In this document: positions 12,841 to 24,784 of the stretch, in pieces
Layout: every line of letters begins with the position of its first letter
How positions within the stretch are numbered: the stretch's first letter is position 1
Source of the DNA: Macrostomum hystrix
Taxonomy: Eukaryota > Animalia > Platyhelminthes
Assembly (NCBI GenBank): GCA_950097015.1
Contig: CATNEN010000009.1
Location: 1,612,001-1,676,000 of the forward strand
Length of the DNA stretch: 64,000 nucleotides
Direction of reading: 5' to 3'
Made by a program: the position numbers and the translations under genes
Notes under the pieces: generated by a model
The model's database searches: none
What the model saw: the letters and a program-made list of their open reading frames with translations, nothing else
What the model was told of the DNA's origin: nothing

Positions 12841-15493
12841 TCAGGCCGGCTCTCTGAGCTGCACTTCCAGGCAGCCGTCGTTCAGTCCGTCAGCGGTGGC
12901 GTAGAACTGTAGCAGCTCCTGGATGCTCACAAACTTTGAGGCTTTCTCCTCAAGATAAAACAGGCGATCGGCTTCGAAAATCTTTTTGTGCCGCACTCCG
13001 TCGGTCGTGCGGTAGGACAGAATGTGCTCCTCCACGCCAGGCCTCGGACTGCAGCGCACCAGGTAAGTGCCGACCGGAGCTCGAAGCAGCCGGGCCCAGG
13101 CCGCCCCGCGAGACATTCTGCCATGCCAGCCGGCCGCAATGCTTGCATTGCCGTAGCAACCAAAGTCCGCACTCGGCGGCTCAGGGACATCCGGATCTGA
13201 ACTTGACTCGTCAGACGAGGACATCAGTGATATGCGCTCCTCCCTGTTCGCAGCGCCATCGGACGAAACGCTGGATCGCCGAGGGAAACATCGCGGCTTT
13301 TCATCTGATGCTTTCCGCAGTATTAGCGGCTTTATTGGGAGCGGCGATGGCAGCGGCTTTCTATGTACTGATGGAAGTTTCGGCGGTGGGGGTGGAGGTG
13401 GTGGTGGGGGCCGTGGAGGCGGTGGAGGCGTCGGTGGAGTTGGTGGAGGCGGTGGCGGTGGAAGCGGCCGTTGCGGCGGTGGCGTTGATAGCTGTGGCCT
13501 TTGATGCAATGGATCCAGAGGTGCCTTGGGCAGCGAAGGTTTCGAAGCTTCCTGATTCGGGTCATGCGCCAACCTGCGCTGCCGCGGAGCTGTAGGAATG
13601 CACTTTTGGTGCACCACCCGGCCCGTCACCTTACAGCGGTAGCCGTGGCCGTAGCCCACAAAAATGAGGCGCCTGCATTCGGGACACTTCGTGGGCTCGC
13701 GGCAAATGAACGGTTGAAACTCGCTGCGGAATGAGTTGTGGTGCGGTGGGTAGCGAACCGACAACGCTCGCTTGAACGCTGCCAGCCAAGCCTGTTGGAC
13801 CCGGAAGGACTTCAGATGCAGGCGGTAGCGGATGTCATCATCGGTGGTGCTGTTGGGTGTGGCTCTCTCGGGCTGACTGATGGTCAAAAGCCAGCGCCAG
13901 CTCTTGTATCGCGGGGCCTCCTCGGCCCTGATGTCGCAGCGCTCGGGCAGCGGGATGCTGAAGAGAAACTCGAGGCGTCCGCTCGTCTTCTTTTCGCCTC
14001 TGCACACAATCAGGAGCTCCCCAATCAAATAGCAGTAGACGCTCCGGCTGTCCTTCTCAGATCGTTCGTACGACAGGTGAGAGATGCGCAGTTCACCTTC
14101 AATTAAGAGGCTGCCAAATTGCCTGAGTTGCAGGGCTTTATCGAGGTCAGCGATTCCCGCCTGAACGCGGTCAAGGACCTGAAATTTAAAAAATATGCGG
14201 TCAATTTCAGATACGGTTCTCGTATTGCAGGTCCACACCTGTGTTTATGTGTTTATGTTGACTAATATTAACTTAAACGCAATCGTTGCATGTACGTCCA
14301 GAGGTACGAGAATTTACCTGACAGACTGATTCATTTTCTTTATAAGACTGCGCATAGCCGCAGATATCCATAAAGTCCTCCATGGCCATGCGGGTCTCAG
14401 TACAGGCTTTGAATATGTCCGGGTACCTCTGAACCCGCTGCAGGGGCGCCAGAAGTAAATCTCGCAGAGGATGATGAGGCAGCAGGCCGCTGGCTTCGGG
14501 AATCGTCAGCCGGTCCTCCTGTAGCTTGTCAGCGCATTCGACCGCGTGCGGTATGTTGACCAGGTAATCCCGGTAGGCAACACAAAGGTTGATCTTTTCA
14601 TCCGCTATGCAGTCGCATACTGCCCTCAGCCGCTCCACTATTCGACTGAAGCGGGCGGTCGCCTCCAGCCGTCTCAGCAGGCGCGAGTGCAGCTCGAACA
14701 AGGCGGGGATGTAGCGAAACGCTGGCTCGGCGGCGGTTCCGTTCAGACCATCCAGACTGCGAGAGTATGTCACAAGCTGCTCCAGCAGATGGGTGTAGTT
14801 CTGCTCACTCTGCAGCAGCTGCTGCCAGTTGCTTTTCCGGGAGTCTTCATCGTCATCCAACTCGTACTCATAGTCATCCACGAGACTGCCGTAGACTGCC
14901 TGGTTGTCGCCGGAGGCAGTGAGCTGGTCGCTATAGATGTCAACCATGTTGCATCGCAGGCGCTCAACTGACTCGGACAATTCCGAACAGGCCGGCTGCC
15001 GAGAGTTCAAGTGCCGCAGAGCCACGCGCAATCGTTCAGACACCTGAAAGCCGGGAAACCGACTCTGATCAACCCGCGGCGACTGGCTGAGCGCTGACAG
15101 GCACGAGATGATCCGGTCGATGTTCTTGCGATCAATCAGGTCATCGGGTAGAAAGAGCTTCTCCTCCGGGAGGACGAAGTGGTTTCGACAGACAGTCAGG
15201 AAGGCTGTGATGTTGTCGCGGTACACACAAACTGAGTTCAGTGTGATCAGCCGAAAGCCGTGAAGATCGCCCCGCCGAATGACGCCGTCACTAAGAATCA
15301 CAACTAGCTGGCACAGCACGATGCCGTCGCGGAGAACGTTGACTACGTCTGTTAGGCTGGCGTTGCCGGGCGCGAAGATGCACCGAAGTGACTCGAATAC
15401 CTCGATCTCATCGTAGCGAAAGCAGTTCTGCAGCCACGTCAGGCACTCTTGCAAATCACTTGGCAACTGACAAGCTGCCATCGCCATGGCCAT
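12841..15493 (-). CDS. VAV-like: Vav-like Rho GEF (CH - acidic - DH - PH - degenerate C1 - Pro-rich - SH2); exons 15493-14318 and 14178-12841
   Basis: CH domain LRDGIVLCQL...NITAFL...LF.PDDL; DH domain SEQNY and LRDLLLAPLQRVQRY; C1 CPEC...GYRC...HQKC; SH2 W..GRMSR..A...L....GTYLVR. The single phase-0 intron keeps the frame. Confidence 0.85.
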
Positions 15494-17120
15494 GCTTTGG
15501 AAATCGATTGCCTAGCTGTCGACCAGCTTTTTAGCCTTGTTAAAAAGTCTTGCTTGATTCAGGCTTGTTATCGCGAGACAATCATGGACTAGATATAGCT
15601 TGGAAGGCTGCAAAGAAGTATTGTTTATGATGGAGCCCGCACCATATTTAGTTGATAGCCAGCGACAGGCTATCGTGGGTTGGAGCCTGTGAACTGAAGC
15701 ATAGATCGGATGCGACCAGTGTCACGCTGCACCCCTGGCGGGTGGGTGGCTGTTCGCACGCACAGCAGGGCTGCACAGGCTCTGCACTTCTTGCAGTGCC
15801 ATTCTTGTTTCTGGCGTTGATAAAACCAGGTCTTCTGCAGAAAAACCAGCACGAATCAATTTGAGTAGAGCGCACAGACTTTTAACTGACTCCGATGTTC
15901 TCAGGGTTTCGTGTGCAACCTCGGCCAACCTTAGTCCGGGTTTGTTTATTGCAAACGGAACGGTTTGCCGTCTCGTCAACATTTAAAGTTTTACGAGAGG
16001 ATTTGCACTTTTACGAACACCAACCACATGCAGTTTAGCAGTTTATAAGGCGAGCTCGAATCAAAGCCTACTCAAAACAAAAAAGGACGGACACTCAAAA
16101 TAAGTCTATTTTTTTGAAGACGTGTTTTTGTTAGAAAATACACAAACGAGATTAGAATATCTGTTTTAGAAACGAAAATTTTATAACGCTTTTGATATGC
16201 TAAATGTAGAAAAAATTGCATGTCTTGCACAGAAATTCTGCCTAAGCTATCCGTTGCTAGGCTCAAGTAGGTAGTTAGGCTTTAGCGAAGTCCCAGTGGT
16301 CTTTGGCTTGGAATCAGCCTATAGGGCGACAATTTTTGTCCTTGAGCATTGCCTAGTGCTTCAGTTCAGACAGCTGTAGCTAAAATATGCATTCAGCTCT
16401 GTGGAAATCAAGGCTTAGCAGTCTCCGCTGTACACAAATTCAATAGCTGTACACAGGCACGTTCTTTCAATCCAGCTATAGTATCTACCTTAGGCTAGTT
16501 CTGGCCTGAAAATATGCAGTGCAAGTCAGCAATAGGTCAGAGTACATCTAACAGTTTCAAACTCATTTGGCCGTGCTGTATTTATCTATCGTTGGATCAA
16601 AACGGCGTTGGTCCGACTATGAAAATGTGCACGGGCAGCTGTCAGCCCTGGCACACGGCTAGCTGAAAACATCCGCATTGCAGAGCTGTGCTGCATAAGA
16701 TAGCAGGAAAATATGTTAATCAAGGGTTTAGCTTTCAAGTCTATTTCCATGAGTGAAAACTAAAGTAAGAAAGTATTAAAGTTAGTAACAAGTAAACCCA
16801 GCGAATCAGTGACAAAGGCTCGCTGGAAAGTCAAACGAAACGAGGAGCCTCAGCTGCTAAAAAATTGATAAACGGTGCATCGAGCTTCTTCAAACCGGCT
16901 TTCTTGCTTGCTCCACTGAGCCAACGGGCTTGTATAGGTTTTGGACTGAATAATTGTCTACCCGGAAAGTTGTTAGCTAAACTGGTTAAGATTTTGAAGA
17001 CTTGCTACTAGAAATATTGCAGAGAAGCCCTATATGGTACAGATGATAAAAATAAATAGACAAGAAGCTGTGTGGACAGAAGAGTAAAGAACAGCAGTCG
17101 CTGGAATTCAGTTTTCGTGT

Positions 17121-18273
17121 TTAGTCACTGTCACTGCCGCTGCCACTGCCACTGCGGCTGCCATGCTTCTTGTGCTTCTTTCCGCTGTGCTTCTTGTCCT
17201 TCTTGTGGTCCTTGTGGTCCTTGTGGTCCTTGTGGTCTTTGTTGTCCTTGTGGTCCTTGTGGTCCTTGTGGTCCTTATGGCCCTTGTCGTTGTGCTTGCC
17301 GCCATGACCACCATGGTGCTGTATCATCGTCTCAAGAGGCCGCGTCATTAGGCCGACGAACTCGCTGCAGTTGATGCGGCCATCTCTGTCGAGATCCACC
17401 AGAGACATCACGTGATCGAAGTCGCTGTCCTTCATTCCGCGCTGGCAGAGCACCGCGCGCAGCTCGTTTGCGTCCAGGTAGCCGCTGCCGTCCCTGTCAA
17501 ACACGCGGAACGCCGTCATGAGGTCGTTTTGCACGGCCTGGGGCGCCTGTACTCTGGTGTGAGTTACACGCACGTACTCCAGGAAGTCCACCTGGCCGTC
17601 GTGATCTGCGTAGGGTGCAGCAGAGCTTGTTATTCAAGGCTTTCTTTACTCAATACGAGCGTACTGAAGCACGCACTCACTCTGGTCAGCCTGCATCATC
17701 ATGTTCTGCACATCGCTGGGGGTTGGGCACTGGCCCATCAGCTGCAGGCCGGTGACCATCTCCTGCACGTTTATGGTACCGGAGCCGTCCATGTCAAAGT
17801 GGTTGAAAGTGTTCCAGTACGCTGCGGGCAGTTGTCGTGAGAATCTTTCAACAAAAAATTTATAAAATTTTAAGTCCTGTGCCAACGTTTGTAACTAGAA
17901 GCCAATAATTTTCCGCACAAATCAAAAGCACCATGTGAAACTACAAGACCGCTGATGGTAGGACAGGGCTAGCTTCTATATAGTATCTTTTAATTTTTCT
18001 ACTGATCTTTCAGTGATTAATCTCGAATTTTTTTATTCCTCGAGTCTTTTTCGATTCCTTTCGACTCTTTCTTCAACTCCTCCCGACTTTTTTCGATTCC
18101 TCTCAAGTCTTCTTTGATTCCTTTGGAGTTTTCGTCGATTCCTCTCAGAATTTCATGGATTCCTCTCAAACCATCGATTTCTCCACACATAATAGAACGA
18201 TGTTTACTGTAAATCAAAACCACTCACCTATGGCCTGCTCCATTGGGACGCCCATCTGGGCCAGGTGAGGCAT
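17121..18273 (-). CDS. Calmodulin-like 4-EF-hand protein with a His/Lys/Asp-rich (KDH)n C-terminal tail; exons 18273-18228, 17821-17681, 17605-17121
   Basis: EF loops DMDGSGTINVQE, DQNHDGQVDFLE (across the splice), DRDGSGYLDANE and DLDRDGRINCSE. Both phase-1 junctions are compatible. Confidence 0.85.
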
Positions 18274-18829
18274 CAGGTGCTGGGGGAAAGGCCTGACATT
18301 CGCCGGCGGTGGCTGAAGTAAAGCGATTTCGGATAGACAAATATAACTACTGCTGACGAGTTTAATAGTACAAATATGAAGTCATGGAATTGGACTTACC
18401 ACTCCGATAGAAAAGCTTGCCTGCATCATGTTTCTTATTGTTTCTGTCTCTGGCAGGAGCGGATAAGTTTGCAAATTTTCTACTTAATTCTCTGAAATAC
18501 TGCTCTCAGTCTAACAATTGAATCGCCACTGGAATGCGCCTCGTTGCCAAGGTGACGAAATGGGGTGGCTTTCAGCGGGAACGTTCTTTCGTGGGGGTAG
18601 GGCAGGTGTGGACTGTCAGAGCAGTGTACAATGCTGCCCTCCCAGTGTTATTTATCTCTGCCTGTCCTTCAGCTAGGTAAATTTAGATCATTTTTATGTT
18701 CACCAGTTGTACAACTACTGTACAGAGGTTCATGGAGCAATGAAATGAAATGAAAAATGTTTTGTAATAAACAAATCTGAAATAATGGTAAATTACACTC
18801 TATAGTGTTTAACAGTTATACTACAGCTA

Positions 18830-19340
18830 TACTACAGTAATACTACAGTTATACTACAGTTATACTACAGTTATACTACAGTTATACTACAGTTATACTA
18901 CAGTTATACTACAGTTATACTACAGTTATACTATAGTTATACTACAGTTATACTACAGTTATACTACAGTTATACTACAGTTATACTACAGTTATACTAC
19001 AGTTATACTACAGTTATACTACAGTTATACTACAGCTATACTACAGTTATACTACAGTTATACTACAGTTATACTACAGTTATACTACAGTTATACTACA
19101 GTTATACTATAGTTATACTACAGCTATACTACAGTTATACTACAGTTATACTACACTTATACTACAGCTATACTACAGTTATACTACAGTTATACTACAG
19201 TTATACTACAGTTATACTACAGCTATACTGCAGTTATACTACAGTTATACTGCAGTTATACTACAGCTATACCACAGTTATACTACAGTTATACTATAGT
19301 TATACTACAGTTATACTACAGCTATAATACAGTTATACAG
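18830..19340. repeat. 11-bp minisatellite (ACAGTTATACT)n
   Basis: Directly visible. Confidence 0.97.
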
Positions 19341-20366
19341 TTTACAGCTTGGTAATTATACCATCTTCGCTTCTCTGGATTTTCATCCGGCTCAGAAAAC
19401 AGTTTTCGACGCTAACAGCTTGATTCGTCTTCTGAACTAAAATATATTAAATTCTAGTAAAAGCCATATTTGATTCGATTTCCGTGTCATTAACCGTCGT
19501 CTGCTATTTTTAACGCACGAGGACCTATTCTTTTACCCTCTCACCCCTATTTTTTACTAAGCTTGCCCGACACCTCTATTTTCTAAATTTTTCTGACACC
19601 CCTATCGACGAAACTCCTTACCTGACACCCCTATCTATAAAAATTCGATCTAAAAATATATATATAAATTCTATCTATCTGAAACCAATTGCGTTTCGGT
19701 TTTTTTAACCTTACTGCTCCTAATAGGTCATATGGCATTAGAGGTGAAAAATGGCATTATCGATCTGGACTGACAAGCTGGACAAAAAAAACAGCCAAGC
19801 AAATGTCAGTTCGACGGTTGGTCGCCGCTCTGTATTGTACTTTCAATTTTCGTTTCTTAGATGTCGTCAGTGGTGAGCCGCCTCAGCCATAGCGAGTCAG
19901 TGTTTGCTGTAAACAAGCTTTAAATGCAGCATTGGGAAGATCCATGCTTTCTCACAAGTGCCTTATTTGCAAGCGATGCAATACTCGATGGTTATCAAGT
20001 GCGCGAGGAAGATGTGCTGGGCATGATTGCAGGCTAACAGACTTGGCATGCCTTGCAATTCAGCTAGCCAGTGGGTAAGCACTAAATAGACTCCTGCACT
20101 TAAGCATATACTCTTCAACCGACTATTGCCACATCTCTGAATCACGTAGCAGCTCTTTGCTAAACATTTTACACCATGAGCGCTCGGAGACACTCCAGGT
20201 AGACAGCCAGAACTCAAACAGTCCAAGAGTTTCTCGAGAGTTCTCTGGCGAATGCTTTGCCATGAGGCCTGAGATGCTACTCTGGAAGATTTTGTTTGTC
20301 AGAAAAACCATTTATAACTGTTACATTTGCACCAACGCCTTTAACAATGCACCGAGCGCAGCGATA

Positions 20367-22142
20367 ATGCAACTTACTCTGCTTCTAACGGTCGCACTGG
20401 CAATTACCTCCTGCTCCTGCCTAGCCATGCTCCAAGCCGGTGTCTTTCGCCTGGTGCCACTGCATTGCTTCATCTCGGATGCATCGTCCACAATGCCAAT
20501 GCCTGCGCTGCGTAGTCAGCTCGCCTGCGCTGCTGCCTGCCTTCGACGAGGCGACTGTCCGGCATTTCAGTTCAGCCCATACTCCACTGTCTTCTGCATT
20601 GTTGCCGTTGGGAACCCTGAAAAGAGCCTTTGGACCAATGACACGTTGCTGTGCTCTAAAACGGTTGCCATGGTGATTGTGAAAAACGAGGCAACAGGCA
20701 AGTTAGTTCTTTCTTATGGGAATTGTGCCTTTGTGCACACGACTCCTAAGGGTTTGCAGCATGGTCACACTTGGGCCTTTAGGCGTAGGCGTATTAGGCG
20801 TATTTGTGTGCCTATGCATGCATACGATGTACAGGCTGTTTGCTAGCCTCAGGTAAAAGGCTAAATGAGCTACTATATTAACGCCTCTAAATTGGATGTC
20901 AAAATTCTTTTATTTATTATCCTTCTTTTTTATATTTCATTTGCTTTATCACCTTTGATAGCAAAGAGCACTAGCTGTGGCCCATCGGGCTTCACAAGTT
21001 CCGACCTTTTCCTCGTCTTTTAATCATCATCGCACTGAGTCCAGATCCTGTCTCCAGTGTGTAGTGGTTCATTCGCATCGGTAAAAACGCACTTCCAGCC
21101 TTTTTAACTGAAGCGCCGGCCCCAGCCAACTGGAGCACTCCGTTCGACTTTCTCTCCTCCCCATTGCGCGCCAAAGCTGAGGTGCTGGTCGACTTGCGGC
21201 GCAGCAATACTGCCACGATGTTCGCCGACACCGGCTACAGCCTGGTCTTTGCCAACGTCCTGAACTCCTCGGACGGCGTCAGATTAGCCGGCAACCCCGA
21301 CTCCTATCTGATGCTGAGCCACCCCAACCTCACCAGCAGGTTTTCCGGCTCCTACGCGATCATGACCTACGCCAGGTTTTCCGGCATCAAGTCCAAGTGA
21401 GTCTTCTAGTAAAATTCATTGATTATCACTCAGCAACAGAGCATTTTCACTCTAAAAATGATGAGCAGCATCCCGCATTAAGACGTTGGGGTACATCCTT
21501 TGTAAGTCAAAATAGATGTGCCATGGAAATATAGGGCTCGTTTAAGTAGTGCAGTGGCTTATTGGCGTCGAGAATCGAGAATGCCAGTCCGGATCACTCA
21601 CTCCGAGAATGAAGTGATCCGGAGTGACCGGGAGCCCTAAATGTTTATACTGAGCAAATGAGAAGCAGCCTTAGGCCCTGTTAACCTTCGTCCCCAGGCG
21701 CAGCAACCTGCTATCGATCAGCAGCTCGCTCACAAACCCACTGGACGGCAGCAGCCTGTTCGTGTTCAATAAGCTAAACACCTGGAGCCTGGTAGTTGAG
21801 TGCAGCGCAGCCAACGGTTCGAATTTGACATGGCCTCCAGTAGCGCAGGCTGACACTTTTTTTAACACTGACAGCGAATTCGTAATGATTGGCATCAACT
21901 TCTCCGGCTCCAGCGTCACGAGCATCTTAAACTCGACAGGTACCGTAGACATCATTACTGGCCTTAATAGCAGCGGCCTCTGCCTTGACCAGTCGGGCCT
22001 GCGGGCTGTCCGCATTGGCTGGGGTATCGCTAGCGATGGTCTAAACGGCACCGTCCGCTGCTTTGGAGCCTTCCGCGGTTCGCTAACTATAATGGACATG
22101 ATCGAGTTAAATGGATGGTGCACATTTCCTCTAATGACCTGA
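20367..22142 (+). CDS. Secreted PAN/apple-like plus LamG-like protein, paralog of 10596-11929; exons 20367-20697, 21099-21396, 21698-22142
   Basis: Signal peptide MQLTLLLTVALAITSC; SQLACAAACLRRGDCPAF; GVRLAGNPDSY; VRIGW...LNGTVRCFG. Joined in frame by a GC-AG (phase 1) and a GT-AG (phase 2) intron. Confidence 0.7.
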
Positions 22143-22637
22143 GAAACGGTTAGCAAAATTGCGAAATCGCATTAACTACAGCAGCAGAAAGCCACAGAAC
22201 AAGGCGCGCCGCTAGTTTTCAGGTCTGACGGATTATGAAGTCCACGCAGACTTATTATACAAGTAACTATACACATGACTCGAAAAATACATTCTTCGTC
22301 CTTTTTGCTAGTAGTAAGAGCGTAGGACCAAAGTCCGACTTCGTTTTACAAGTCGAATTTGTCCCTGGATGTAGGGCACGTTCAAAAAAGAGGTAGCCTA
22401 GAAATCTTGAAAAATCTGTTAGCCTGGAAGTAGAGCTTCTGTTCTCCAGTTCCATTTGTTGCGAAATTTAAATAAAACGCAAAGAAAAGTGTGAAGTTCT
22501 GTTTGATTAAACTTGGTTTCGAAGCTTCTTTAACGTTTATTTAAAAGACTTCTAAATTAATCAACGATTCAACTCAGAAAGTCAGCCGATTAAAGCTTGT
22601 TGGTCTTTCTTTATTTATTTTTCCAGCCGAAGGCGTC

Positions 22638-23065
22638 TTAGAGGAAGTCCTCCGTAGTTTTGACGTCCACACATTTCTCCATGGCCTGCTTGACTTCCAA
22701 CTTGAGGGAGAATGGCCGGAACAGATAGCCATCGCCAGAATAGAACTTCGATTGAAACTCGATCCTGGCGGTGTTGTGGTTGAGTCAAAAATTTAACATT
22801 TTCTGAAAAGCGCACGATCGCATTACTCTATTGGAAATGCTCCACAGTTGACAAGCTGCACTATGCAAGCCGCTCACCAGTGCAGCCGTAGTGAAAGCAA
22901 CAGGGAGGTAATGCCCTCCAAGCCCACCAGGATGCAGACGGTGACGCAAGCCCACAGACAGAAGCTGGCCGCCAATGCAAGGCCACCAAGCAGGAGGGCT
23001 GCAATTGGACTGCCAGCCAACAGGTCTGCCAGACTGGTCGGCGGCATCAGCAACATTGGCCACAT
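22638..23065 (-). pseudogene. ATP6V0A-like: Isolated C-terminal segment of V-ATPase V0 subunit a, two exons (23065-22878, 22764-22638); pseudogene fragment or 104-aa micro-protein
   Basis: Spliced product ...VTVCILVGLEGITSLLLSLRLHW|IEFQSKFYSGDGYLFRPFSL matches the family C-terminal motif (M)EGLSAFLHxLRLHWVEFxxKFYxGxGxxFxPFSF. GT-AG intron in phase 2 within the Trp codon. Confidence 0.75.
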
Positions 23066-24784
23066 GATGGAGTACAAGATGAAAGATGGAAGATTTCTTT
23101 CCAAGACAAGAAGTCTTTCCAACAGCAGTCAGAATGTCACAAAATGACCATTCTAACAAATGCCACTATGACGGCATTCGGCGGGTAAAACTCTGGTAAA
23201 GGATTCATTATATTTGAGTTTGCGTCTGAGTTGGTGAAAAAAAGATGCGAAAAACCTGTGTATTAGTTTGCTTTCGCGTACAACACTTAAACACTGAAAC
23301 ACATAGCGGAGTTAGTTTTCGTAGCTTCCATCAGCCATCAACCATCCACACGCGGGCGACTCTCACATCATATCCTCAATCTGTCGACTGGGTCGAAGAA
23401 AAGCTGTCAAGCCTGGAAGTAATGATTCCACAAGCAAAATCACGATAACAGGGTGGTATGATATTATGGGAACTAATGTATACTCTTGTGGACTACTTAC
23501 TGAGACCCGAAATTCACATCTTCCACTGCAACAACCCTCTATAAAAGGCATGTGAAAGTGTGCAAGTAAACTAAAAAAATTCTCTGCCTAACTGGTAGCT
23601 GGAGGAACTCAAAGCGGGGCCGCAGGCGTAAAAAGGGACTACGGCATTCCGCATTCTAAAGTATATACACGCGCCCGCGCCAGAAAACCCAGACTTCAAC
23701 GCAGGGCCATAGACATCTGGGCGCTCTGACTGCGGGAAATTTTCACTACGGAGATAGGAGAAACAGGTTCTACACCATGGTCGACTCCACTTTAGAATAA
23801 TGAAAAACAAACGGGAGAATTAGAATGGGGCCAACAGGACGGCCACAATGGTCAAAACGCAGAGAAAATCAGGACAGGCATTGCAGAGCCACAGGCATCC
23901 GAAATTTGCACTACGGAGATAGGACTTAACAGGTTTTTCCACAATGACAGACTGCACTCTCAGAACGGTGACAAACAACCAAGAGAATCAGAACCCGGCA
24001 AACATGACGGACACGTTGGTGAAGGAATGACGAAAAACGGAGCAGGCATCGAAGAGCCACATAGCGTAGACTGAATTTACAGCAGCGTGGCACAAACATA
24101 TCGAACTTTAGTATATAGAAAACGATGCATGGCTTTTTACGGGTTGTATTAGTTTAGCCGAAAATACAAATACAACCCTAAAAGCCATGCATGCATAAAT
24201 ATCTTCTACTTGCGGTCTTCGACCATTGTAACACGCAATGCGGTGCATTAAACGTTAGACAGCGTGCGTGTAACGCAAGTAGTCTATGGTAGAAACTCAA
24301 CCGCGCTAAGCGTTTTCATCATGCGTGTAACGCATTTAGCGTGCGTCTAACGCTACAAGCACAAAAACAGTTTATTTCAAAAGTGGAACAGATGAAGCAT
24401 ACAACTTTAACAAGTTTACTAACGTTAAAGTGTCTATGGCCCAGCTTGCATATTACAATGCAACTAATATATCGCCGCTTTGAACTTTAACGGTCTCAGC
24501 GGCGATATATTAATCCTACATTTTATTTTCGACTCTATGGCCGAGCTTGCGCAACGGTAAAAACGGATATAAAATAGATTATTAAATTACGCTGAGCACT
24601 GCTGCGCTGCAATTTTTCCATAGACTGGAGAGGGTTTAACGCGAGTCTTGCAGATCGCGAGAAATTTTCTCTCAACTGTTGAAAAAGATATTTTTCTTTG
24701 ACATTACCACCATACGGCAAGCACTTCTCCTCACAGTCTTAAAGTACATTCGTCTGACTCTCAGACAGCACCAGTCCAACGCCG

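Noticed and set aside
12927-14106. Plus-strand ORFs including a Gly-rich one
   Set aside because: Antisense shadows of the GC-rich Vav-like exon.
17646-17885. TTG-initiated N-terminus MAQDLKFYKFF for the EF-hand protein
   Set aside because: This is AT-rich intron sequence. An upstream ATG exon (18273-18228) splices in frame at 17821.
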